NCBI GenBank assembly: GCA_036172245.1
Contig: JAYWIR010000033.1
Span: forward strand, 992,001-1,056,000
Length of the DNA: 64,000 nt
Direction: 5' to 3'
Source: Raillietiella orientalis
Lineage: Eukaryota
Within the stretch, counting starts at the first letter, position 1. The number at the start of each line of letters is the position of its first letter. Both the position numbers and the translations under genes were made by a program. A model generated the notes under the pieces. The model was not told where the DNA came from. It saw only the letters and a list, made by a program, of their open reading frames with translations, and ran no database searches. Below, piece after piece: positions 18,330 to 30,732 of this stretch.

Positions 18330-20320
18330 GAGGATTGGGTGTTGCCACACAATCTAAATCACCCAATTAAATGGTGGGACAACAAGCCCCACCACATTCA
18401 GTTTTACATGAGACCTGCCGGGTCGCCGTTACGCAGACGGACTGGACTCACATCGGCAGCGGAGGGGGGTGAGGAAAAAACAAAAATAAATAAACCAGCA
18501 CACTTTGGAGGGAAAGGAAGGGATCACTGCCCGCTGGAGGGAGTGTCCATCCTGTGCAGGATGTCAGCGAGGTCCTTCTGCACACTCCTCAGGTGAGACC
18601 ATCGGGTAGCAATCCGCAGGAAGCGAACTGCATATTCCACGGCATCCTTTCATCTTTTCCTCCTTCCATGGCTTCGCTCCAGACCTCCACAATCCCGCGG
18701 ATGCAGCAGAGGGCTGCGTCTGGCTGCAGGGCGTCCCGCACGAAGAGGAGCCGAAAAACGTCCCTAGGGAGCTGCCCTCCGGCCCCGGAACGTTTCCACA
18801 GGGGTCGGAGGGCAACACAATCGACGAGCAGGTGCGGGAAGGATTCCGATTCCTCGCACCTGCCACATCCCGGGAGCACCTTCCCCAGCGTCCAGTGGTG
18901 TCGGCGGGCCTTGCAGGGGAGCCCCCAGTGCAACAGCAGAAGCGCCGGCTCCTGCCATTTCAGGGGGAGGATGCTCGTATCTTTCAGCACTGGGGACCAC
19001 TCTAGGTCTTCGGGTGGAATGCGGAGCAGCTCGCCCCAGCGCTGTAGTCCTCGCGGATGGACGCTTGGGGTCGTGGCGTCCGCCAGCTCGCCCATGGTCC
19101 ATATGCCCATCATCTTCCGCCTGCCTGCGATCTCGCAGGAGACTTCCCACCGAGGTTTCGCCTGCTGCCAAGTGCCCTCCTCATGATGGGCAGTGTTGCA
19201 GCAAGGGGGGTCGTCTCCGCCCACGTGCTCCTACCGGGACACTCCAGAATCTTTCGAAGCAAATACTGGGCGTGGTTGCCGATTTGCAGGCAGTCCATCT
19301 CTCAGATGACGGTTCATTTAGCTTTGCCCACGTGCCAACTGTTTCTTCTAGCCATGCACTAGAATTGGCGGAGTTGCAGACCATTCAGCTGTTCTTGAAG
19401 ATGTGGGAAGATTGAGTGCTGCTCCGCGCACACTTGCGGTGTCGCCTCGAGCCGCACATTCTGCGGGCAGTGCGGAGCGTCCGTTCCGACGAGGGTGGTA
19501 GGGTGGGCCAGCTCGTATTCAAGTGACCTGACTCGATCGACCTTGTTGTCACAGAACGTCCACGCTTTCTGCAATTCCCAGCCTTACTGAAGGAGGATGA
19601 ACTTTCTGGAGGGCTCGACGCCTGGCTGGCTGCACTCGACGGCCACTCATCTCATGGCAGGGGACTTGGACGTCCTCCTGTTTCCTGGATGAGGCGCAGC
19701 TCCAGAGTCAGCGCTGGAAAGCCAGCGGATTGCGTGTTGCGATGCGGACCGCGAGCCTGTTGGCAGGAGAGCCCGGAATCGGATGCGTGTTCCTCGACGA
19801 CCACCTGCGTTCGCGTACGGGAATCCGGTCGATCTTGTCGAATTTTCTCTGGATCGAACTTGAGCTGTGGTCCCACTGGGAAAGGGATCCGATGCATGGT
19901 CTCGGAGGATGCTGAAGAATTGGCAGAAAGACCTGGAAGCCAATAGGGAACCCCAAACTTCCCGTCCCTACCCAACTCAGGTCCCCAGCGAGGCACCACC
20001 GCAGATGTGAGCAAACTCCCCGGCAGGTGGACGGCAGCTCAGCTGACCGACACGGCCAATCCGAAGGCACGGGCTCACGAATCCTTGCGCCAATTGGACC
20101 CGGTTAGGCCTTTACCCCTGGGGTCGATTTGCCCAACCAGAGGGGACTTTGGTCGGTCTCTTTAGCGAGGATCCTGTGCTGTATCTGCAGCGCCGAGGCA
20201 GTTGGTCTGGTGGCAAAGTTTCGCCAGAAGAAGAGTGCGACCATCCTTGGCTGAATCAAAAAGAAAGGTAAGATAACGCCTGCACCAGGAGTTCTGAAGC
20301 CCAGTGACCCTTGACTTTCC
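18330..20320 (-). mobile_element. Decayed L1/Tx1-like LINE with the best-preserved C-terminal zinc-binding (zf-RVT-like) region
   Basis: ORF 18589-19224: WQEPALLLLHWGLPCKARRHHW...CGRCEESESFPHLLVDCVALRPLW (CxxC-x5-E-x3-H-x4-C). Terminal KDLADILHRMDTPSSGQ* (TGA 18526-18524) followed by TCCCTTCC and a T-rich 3' UTR. Upstream DGRTLLLAKL and RDGKFGVP remnants. Confidence 0.78.
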
Positions 20321-20327
20321 ACCGAAC

Positions 20328-20790
20328 ATACCGGAGAGCCGGATCATTTATTTCAAATGGATAAATCTAATTGCAAAGTCACGGACCGAACCCGACTGCT
20401 GTCGCAGAGGACAGAGGTGGAGATGAGGGAGGTACAACAAATAAGTAAGTAAATAGGGGATGGGAGGGAGCGACCTCACCGCGTTCAACTCGATTTCCGA
20501 GGGCCCGCGTAGGGTAGGGAAGGGACGGGAGGAGGAGGGGATGTACCCACCGGTTTCGAAACGGTCAGCGCGCCGTCGTCCGGATGAGCTGCAGCTCCTC
20601 CGTCCACTTCGCTTTTAGGTTTCCTGTTGTATTCCGCGAAACATTGGAGCACAGTGATGGCCTTTGAAAGACCGTCCAGCATCCTTGTGAACTGGAGCAC
20701 GAAAGCTTTGCAAGAACGGCTCCAGCATGGAACGGACGATTCCCGGCGCAATCCTTTTGCATCCAGCTATCGAATCAGACATGCAGGTGC
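20328..20790 (-). mobile_element. Probable 3' end of a further LINE copy abutting the previous one
   Basis: Minus strand has a pyrimidine/T-rich UTR, AATAAA (20352-20347), then a CCGG-ctct-CCGG hairpin (20342-20331). Weak peptide similarity (MFRGIQQ vs CIRGIVE). Confidence 0.4.
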
Positions 20791-21599
20791 ATAATGAGAA
20801 GCAAAGAGAAAACAAAGAGACAAACACAGTGGTACCTCGGTACTCGTCGGTAATTCGTTCCGGAACTTGTGACGAGAGCCGAAATCGACGAGTACCGAGT
20901 GAATTCCTTTCTGGGCTTCGTGGTATCATTTTTAACTATTTCAGAACCCACGATTAACGCTTAAAATGCACAGGAGGCACAAAAAAACGGGCATGATTCG
21001 GGAGTCACTCTGTGGAAGTGTTCGGCCCCGTTCGCGAGCAACCATGAGACGAAAGCGTCCACTTTCTTCATCATGAGAGTGGGGATTCGAGTTCCGAGCA
21101 TGCGCCGAGCGTCGAAACATTTTTTTTTTCTCTTCAAAACGCGACGAGTACTGAGCTTGACGAGTTCCTACACCGAGGTACCATTGCAGTCAAAATCTCT
21201 TATGCAGCAAATAATCGGGATCCCCCTTTGTGAGAGACACTTGGGAATACTTATTTTATCATCCTGTAGTTGAAGTGGAGGATGGGATTGCGTTTATTGG
21301 AATTTTTTTTTGGCTGAAACTTTTCCAAGCGTCTTGTTCGTACTTCATCTCGGTCCTCTGAGACTGCTTCCTCAACACCAGATATCTCTCCTCTGGAAGA
21401 AACTTTTCAAAGAATCATTGATTGCTCAAGAATAAAGATGTGAGAATCGGTAGACAGCTGCGGCGCGCTTTTGCCCACTTTCGTTAAGCCACTTTCAGTT
21501 TAGAGTTTTTCGGTAATTTTTCCAAAAACAAGTACCGTCAATAAAATGATACCACGCCACCGACGTAGATACCAGGTCTTCTCGAATGGCAGTGGATGA

Positions 21600-22600
21600 A
21601 CTTGCCAACACGCTCCAGGGCATCTTCAGAGATTGTGCGGACGCAGGTGCCCCTAGCCCAGCGACGACACGCACGAGCCCTCGAGGGCGGGCGGGCGGGC
21701 GCACGAGTGGATGCCCAGTCCAGCTAACGAGCACCCCCTTGCATTCGTCCTCCTTGAATTCTCCCCGAATTTCGCCTTGCGGCAGCCTCTTCCAAAAACG
21801 GTTTCTCAGCCTCCGGCGTTTGAAACGACGCCATTTCCACGGCGACCGGATGAACCGAGCCCAGTTCTAAAAGCCCCTAATCGGATCCGCAAGAACGACT
21901 CGGTAGCTGACGGGTTGCAAACGACCATATCTGTAAGGCAGATGTCGCATCTGCAGCGCGCGGGTCCACCGCCGGACAAGGGGGAGCGCAGCTCCAGACT
22001 GTGCCAGGTGCGGAAAACGGGAAATCTTCCCGCACCTTGTTGCTGTTCCCGGAATGTCCGGGAACGCTTCGCTGCGGTTCTCCCGTTCCCTATGGGCAAC
22101 GGTCTTGCTTTGCACCTTCGCGCGTGGTCCGATGTCGCCTGCAGCTTCCCCTTCGTGGAAGATGCGAGAAAGAGGCCAGTCGAACGGTAAGGTCTTCGTC
22201 TGCTCCTCCGTGAGGGAGACGACAAGACGGCCACATCTCTGCCAACAAAAGGAGGAAGTTGCCGATATCCTCCAGGGGATGCTGAGGACGCCAGGAAGAA
22301 ATCTGTGATCCCTTCCCTTCCCTGTCCCCAAGCATTTATAACCTGAATTTTTTCTGTGTGTATGTCTTTTTTTTTGTTTGTTTACCCCTGCCCTCACTCC
22401 CGTGCGAACCTCATCGAGGAGCTCCTCACGAGAAACAGCGCCCCCGAGGCATCTCCCCTCGTAGCGGTGATGTGAAGCCACTACGGAGAAAGGGGATTTT
22501 TTTTTTAATATTTTATATGACTGTTTTTTGTGTGTGTATGTGAATTTTTTTTTTTTTTTTACAATAAACTCCCCGACATGGCCGGGTGAAAAACAAAACA
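21600..22600 (+). mobile_element. 3' part of the same LINE family
   Basis: PDCARCGKREIFPHL zinc-binding remnant (~22000-22040). EEVADILQGMLRTPGRNL* (TGA 22306-22308), TGATCCCTTCCCTT, T-rich UTR, AATAAA (22563-22568), GC hairpin and A-rich tail. 5' boundary approximate. Confidence 0.75.
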
Positions 22601-23989
22601 TAGATGTCGCAACAGTAATAAGTAGTCACGAGCAACAGACTCCTCGATCAGAATGCCGTCTTATCTTCTAGAGCCCCTCAGCAACAAAAATCTTTGTGAA
22701 AATACCCTGATATTGCTCCTGTGGAGTACAATTTTCTCCTGGACAGGGCGTTTGCATCTAACAGAGTGAGCGCCCTTGCAAGGTCAAATCTTCTGTGGCC
22801 TCGAATGCCTCTATTTCCAAGAAGACACATGCGATGCCTCGTATCAAGGATTATTAAAAAAAAGAGAGAGAGAGAGAGAGAAATAAGAATACATGGCTTT
22901 CTGCATCGAAAGAGTGAACAGAATGGTGCAGCAGATTCAACGGGAAATTCCCGGTCTGCGAACTTTAGATTTGCTTCGGTTGCTTCTTTATTTCCATGGT
23001 GCCCTAAAAGACGGATTCTGTTTCCAGCTGCAGAATGGAAGCAGTGGACACTCCAAGAAATCCTCCGGATTCGACCCAGTAGAAGATTCCAATGGCCGTT
23101 TCTTCTTGGAATGGAACGTGAACATCAGCATCCAAATCTAAGAACCCACCGATTCCATTCACGAGCGACTACGTGAACGGATCTCGTGAGGAATGGGGGG
23201 GGGGGGGGAACTCATGAGGCATTTTGCTTCTTCGGTTAATTAGAAAGATGAGCACATTCCTTTCCAAGTTGCTCATCTATGTCTACAGGTCAAGAAAACA
23301 AATAAACGACTTTCAATTTGAAACCTGATATCGCTCTTAACATAATCAGAGCCGTCCGAGCCAACGCTGGAGTGGAAGGATGGGATTTCACCATGATTGA
23401 GGCGCCACGAGATGATTTCTTCTGGGAATCAGCATCATTAGAAGTAAGGCGCTGATTCAGTAAGTAAGTTCACGCCGTGGAATTTTGTCCTGCAGCACTG
23501 CTTCGACTTCTCCTCGCCGCGAGACGGAAACGGAAGTGCCCGTTTGTCCATCTTTCCTCAGGAAAATTGGTGGAGCCACGTGAGCTCGAGTGCCCGAAGG
23601 GGTGACCCGACTCCTTCGAATTGTGTTTGAGAGAGTGCTTCGGAAAAGAGTTGCGATAGCTTTTCCGATATCCGATGTAGCCCCCCTTTCCCCAAATCTT
23701 TCCCATTCCGTTTCGTTTGTACATTCAATTCCATAAAAAGCATTTATGAACATTCATAACGTCGTACAGAAAATTTTCATCAATTCATCGTTATTCAACG
23801 AAACATTTTTCGTTTGGTAGCTGAATGCAATATCCCTAACAATTTTCCCGAGGAAGTTTAAACAATTCCATGAATACTAGAAATGCATATACACTATAAT
23901 ATGGGAAGGGAAGCGTGAATTGCCGCGAGAACCCGCAGAAAAAAAATCGAAGAATGAGTCTACGGTTTTTCATATTTACAGTACACGGA

Positions 23990-24500
23990 AGATTATAAGG
24001 ACCTCTTCAACCTTTCTGGAAGTGCAAGTGCATCCCTGGTGGAACAAGTGGAGCGAAATCCCGTGTACGATGTGCCACGCAGAACCAACCGTACGGGAGA
24101 GCGATCCGAAGAGGAATGCAACCGCAGCCCTCGGCAATCAGCAACCCGAGCGCCTATTCCCTGTACACTTCTGACCGGTGCGGAGGGTCGAGGAATAGGA
24201 AAGCCACAGCGTGGTGCCCAGCTTTAAGAACTGCGTAGCAAGGGCTTTCGCAAGTGGAACAAGCACCCCGCGGTTCCCATGGCAGAGGTCCTCCTCAGCT
24301 TCACGATCTTTGTTTGTTGATGGGAATTTTTACGCGTGGAGACGGAGGGTCCCACTGGAATGGAGGCGAAGTCCGAGGAGCGCCGTGCCGGGGAGCAGCA
24401 CAGGAAGAGCGAGCCAGACGAGGCTGTCTGCCAGCAGTATCTCCTGGATGGAGGGAACCATGTGAGCTCCATACGTCACGACATCACCCGAGGAAGGCGT
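23990..24500 (+). mobile_element. Possible LINE post-RT fragment
   Basis: Weak motif remnants LSGSASASLVEQVERNPVY and PRGSHGRGPPQL in a GC-rich island within AT-rich DNA. Confidence 0.3.
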
Positions 24501-27500
24501 GTGAGAACACATGTCGAAGAAGAGGGAGAGCGAGAGAGAGAAGAAAGGAGCAAAAAGAAGAGGCAGAGTAAGAAAGGAAGGAAGGAAGGAGGAGAAAAGG
24601 AAAAGAAAAGCTGTAAAGAAGGGACGATCCCAGACAGTGAAATTGCAAAATACTTTTCAAGTAATCAGGAGGAAGATGATGCTCCGAGCCATCGTAAAGG
24701 GAAGGGGGTCGTAAAACACGGACCTACGAGATCCAATTCACTCCGCCTTTTATGTAGGTCATAGTGTTCCGTGTCAATCTCCTGGAACACACGCAGAAAA
24801 AAAAAAAAAAAAAAAAAACTCACGGTGCTCCCCTCGTCGCTTCTCAATCACTTTTGGATTTTTCTTTTTTTAGTTTGTTTGCTATTAGGAAATGCAATTT
24901 CTCGTGAATTTCCTACTTCGAGTTTCCTTATTAGCGCTGTTTTATTTTTTAGATTAGGTTTGAATAAAAAACACACACAAAAAAACATCCTTTTGCTCCA
25001 AAGAATACCCAACCACACGACGCACCCATCTTAAAAAAAGGCTTCACCAAAAGTCGTCTTCGAAACGCATTTTTGGTTCCAATTTGACCTTGGAAGGGGT
25101 CCTTCCTGTTCCGCTTTTCGAAAGCTATCGAAAACGTCTTACCAAAGATCGATCACTCAAGTTACTTTGAGGTTCCAAAGACTGGTGGTTACGATCCCAA
25201 ACAAAGGGACCAAAATGTTAATTATCGAGTCCAAAAAAATTATCCATCCTCAGCAACGAAAGAGGGAGAAGAAAAAAAAATAAAGGCGCATCAATTTGAC
25301 TCCAATCAAAGTTGTGAGAGTGGCCAAGAGGTAAACAAAAAGCAACAAGATAATAATGTAATCAGAAGCATACTTAGAATCGGATATGTATATTTTTTCA
25401 GTACATATACACACCTTCATGCAGCAAAGATGAGAAGTACACTTTGTGATGTAACCATATGCAAAACGGAATGCTGCGTTTCAATAAAAAACGAAAACAA
25501 AATGCTCAAATATATAGCGAAAAAACTTTTAATCTAGCAGACATGTTTGTTTTAAATGTCCAATGGCACGTAACACAGGAAGTGGGTCTTCGACCCCTAA
25601 TGGCACGATATCTTATCATCATGGGTGATATATATCAGACCCACGATTGTTGTGGTGGACCCAACAGTAGTCACTTGAGCACGGGGTTTCGAAATGACTC
25701 AATGCTCTTTGGGCGTGCACACATTCGTGGGTCACACCACCACTGGGTGGAGGCGGAAATGAAAATTGAATACCAAGGTTGAAGTAAATCCAAAAACAAA
25801 TCGAACTTTGTTGTACTTTTCATTGACCTGCTTCGTACATTTTCACTGCCTTGTGGTTAGTTCGCACCCAACACAAATATATGAAGGGATATCGAATGAC
25901 CACGTTCCGTCGGAGGAGCCTCTGGAGCCATTTTTTCGAGCTGGTGAAGTTCGTTCTGCTGTGCGGGGAGCGTGACCGTGAGTTACCACATCTTCAATTT
26001 CGAATTTGCAAAAGTGATGATTCAAGCAAAGTATCATGTCGTATCGGAACATTTGAAAACAAAATCGATTCGTCTTTCATTAATCTGTCAGATTACCATA
26101 TTTAAAATCTTTCAGTCTCTTGAAACGGAATCTTTCCGATCCTCAAACCTTTCAAACACTCTTGAGAATTTCAAAATTGATTATTTTTGGTATTGGAGAG
26201 AAATTGCATAATACGTGATTCATTTGTTTCGTTAAGATCTTCTTCATCTGATGGACTACAAGGATGTTCTTTACTGTTTACATGTTTCCTTTTTGAAGAA
26301 TGCCTTTTCATCTTCGTAATTTCTTGGTGATATCAAGACACAGGAGAACTGATGAATTCTACTCCCAACCCAAGTATCTGTGCTTGCAATCGATCTCCCA
26401 CTGCGTTTTCATTGCTTTTGCTTAAATATGCTCAAGTGTTTAAGGAGGCATTCTTCAACAGTTCGTCCGTTTGACCCTCGATTGGCTTTTTATGAGCAGT
26501 TCCCTCTGAGAGCTTCGATTTTCCTTAGGTTGTGATTTGTGATGAGCATTCTAGATAGCTCTTTTTGTGAAAACAGAAAACATTCTTGTATCTTAAGATG
26601 GGAAATAGGGATTACCATAAGCGTACTGATAGAAATCTTCATTAAATTTTAACCTCTTTTGAATTCGTTATACCCAATGTACTTTTTTTTTTTTATTCCT
26701 GATGGTGCTTACCCAGCTGGTGCATGATAAACATAGCATCACAAAGAACACATTCCGAGACATTACGCGAACACAGCCAGTGAAATTAGTGCACAAATGA
26801 TGATTTCATTCGCTTTGTGGTGGTTCAAAGTTAGGGTGCACAAGCATGTGCAATCCCCTCAAAAGTAAAAACAGCATTCTACAAACGAACTGGTGGCATG
26901 AGAAATCACGAATAATTGAGGCAGCCATACAATGTAATCAGGTATAATAGATCATAACAAGCATCCCGTAGGTGCAGGCGATCGAGGTGGCGGAAGTGAT
27001 TATGGTCGTCGGAAACAATTAATTATTATTTAGCAGCTAAAAACGGAACGCATCGTAAGAGGAGAAAAAAAAAAAATCCTTCCACGAGTTCGTGGTTTGT
27101 GTTTTCTTGAGGGATCGGCCTCGGTGGATGGGCGGACGAATGTTTCCATTCCTATTTCGAACGGGTTGCAATTAATTGGAAATCGGAGGGGGCACAAAGG
27201 GGGGGCCCTTGTGCCTACGCACGACGATGTGGTGCCCACGTCCATTTCACCCGCATGCATTTCCCCATGGGAAAGGTAATCTTTGACGTGTTTACGATAA
27301 GGGACAACAAAGTGTATCCTTCGGAGGAGCTTTTTTGTCCCTTCCACTGTTTTTTTTTTGCTTTTTTTTTTTTTCACCCTGAAGCACATTATCAATTCGA
27401 TACCACTTGCATACAGAAGGGGCGCGGGGAAATCATTTCTGCTAGCATTTTTGAATGAATAAACATGGAATCTATTTGCTCAAGTTACAAGAAAAAATGC

Positions 27501-28086
27501 AATTGGATAACCAAGTGACACGTAAGCTGCACTTCGCTATGTGTGTTGCCCACGAATGAAAAGACGAACGGGCTTCCAGAAGTCTGATCCTTGAATAATT
27601 AACCATAATTTATAGAAATATACTATGTTTCTTCACGGTTCATCTTTTTATCCGTTGTATTGAAGTAGCTGCTTGGGCCCGCCTAACTGTTCAAATTTAA
27701 ATAGGCTGCTTGTTTTCATTTCAAGCGTTATATAAAGAGGTATTTAAAATTTTCAGACTTTTTTTTTTTTTTTTTATATTCGGTGTTAGGGTGAAATTGT
27801 TCATACTGTAATGCTGCAGAATAAAATCAAGGTTGTAGGTCGAAAAAGATGCTTGCATGAAAATATGTGTGGGGCTTTTGCATATGATTAAGATGGATGC
27901 AGTGTAGAAAGATGCATTAACAAAAGACTTATTCCAGAATCAAGCATAATCATTGAATTACTTTAAAAATAAGCGCAGTGTGAAAATAAGTATAAGTTTC
28001 ATATGTTGCACAACTTTCAGGAAACAAGAATGAATACAACTCATGGATGAATCTAGTTTAAACTGTGATGAAAGAATCTCATTAAA

Positions 28087-28692
28087 ATGTTTCAGCTAAG
28101 TGACACTCAGAGTAAGTTTTCTCCGAGTCCTTGAGCAGTTTGTCCATCATGAAATTTTTAGAAATTGGCTTAGGCTTGACAAGTTTTGGTGTGACATTTA
28201 TCTTCTTAGGAGTACTACTTCTTTTTGATCGAGGCTTACTAGCCATTGGAAATGTGAGTACATCACTTATATACTGACCCTGGCTGCAGATCTTATTCCT
28301 CACAGGATTAGGATTCGTAATTGGTTTGGAAAAAACATTTCGCTTCTTTTTTCAATCCCACAAATGGAAAGGAACACTGTGTTTCTTTGGGGGTATTTCC
28401 ATAGTTCTGTTAGGTTATCCCCTGGCAGGAATGGTAGTGGAATCATATGGATTTATCCATTTGTTTAAGTATGTAGAAAATGCAAAAAAAATTTGTGATC
28501 ACTTGTGTTGGTTAGAGGATTTCTTCCATCAGCTCTTGTTTTCTTGCAACGGCTACCCATCATTGGAACAATACTGTGCTTGCCTGGAGTGCACAAGGTA
28601 CATAAAGTTCAGTGTGGTTTTGACTGACAGACTGTTTATGTGTTTAGGTGGTGGAGCGATTAGCAGGTCACTCATCAAGAAATAATGTCTAA
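28087..28692 (+). CDS. GOLT1B: Vesicle transport protein GOT1 (GOLT1A/B family)
   Basis: Exons 28087-28111, 28162-28253, 28290-28468, 28516-28597, 28648-28692 give [67 protein letters not shown]...[41 protein letters not shown], collinear with the Got1 family. Introns 50, 36, 47 and 50 nt. Confidence 0.95.
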
Positions 28693-28717
28693 AGTTTTTT
28701 TTAAATTAACTTATAAT

Positions 28718-28753
28718 ACAATAAAACTGTTTTTGTACTGAGTGTTTTATTGT
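28718..28753. promoter_or_regulatory. Back-to-back polyadenylation signals for GOT1 (+) and ANT (-)
   Basis: AATAAA on + at 28720-28725 and on - at 28751-28746, inside the 96 nt between the two stop codons. Confidence 0.75.
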
Positions 28754-28788
28754 CCGACTACTTCGACTGGGTCCCCTATAGGAAAGAA

Positions 28789-30085
<1,297 letters not shown>

Positions 30086-30651
30086 CTAACAGACGTAGAC
30101 AGCTGCCATGTTTGCTTGGGGATCTTATCCAATCAAACGTGGTTCCTTTATGACGTTTATTTTTTGGAATGTATTCAACACCGTACCATGCAAAAAAAAA
30201 AGAACTTATTGACGTTGCGATCAACGGGATATTTGCAGATATAAATACTGTGAGATGGAAATTTACATCAAAGTTCCTGCAAGCCATGTACATTGTACAA
30301 TGTGCGACCATCGGTGCCGAATTCTGGCACACTCTTCTTCCTCGGAACCGCGTCGCACGTGGCGTGCTTAATTGTGCCATTCAACGTTACCATTATGCTC
30401 GTATTATTTATTTTCGACCTAAACGGTGAAATGCAAAATGCAAGCCGAGACACTGCTTGGAAAATTTCGTCAGATCATACCTTGAAAATCCTTTCGGCTA
30501 ATCAGATTTTCTATGCGATTCGTGCAGAAAATACAACGTGCACCTACGAAATAAATCGAACAAATGCAATATGGATATATAGTAACGAACAGTTCCTAAC
30601 AAAAACGTCCATCTCACATATTTGATACTATCGAAGCAAGATTATCATATC

Positions 30652-30732
30652 ATGAAGAACACCCAGTTCTAAAAGTAGATAAAGTATAAAGATATTTCGA
30701 GTCTCCTACTTTTAGAACTGGGTGTTCTTCAT
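30652..30732. repeat. 27-bp perfect inverted repeat with 27-nt spacer
   Basis: ATGAAGAACACCCAGTTCTAAAAGTAG (30652-30678) and its exact reverse complement (30706-30732). Confidence 0.95.

Noticed and set aside
26171..26524. TGA recoding or an alternative genetic code
   Set aside because: E78 and the COX7B-like gene terminate at TGA at the expected positions, and no conserved gene here has an internal TGA.
25580..27330. Weak peptide resemblance between 25.6-25.9 kb and 27.2-27.3 kb (VPSEEPLEPF vs YPSEELFCPF), and between ~6.8 kb and ~53.6 kb
   Set aside because: Too short and degenerate to assign by eye. It could be another decayed repeat family but needs alignment statistics.
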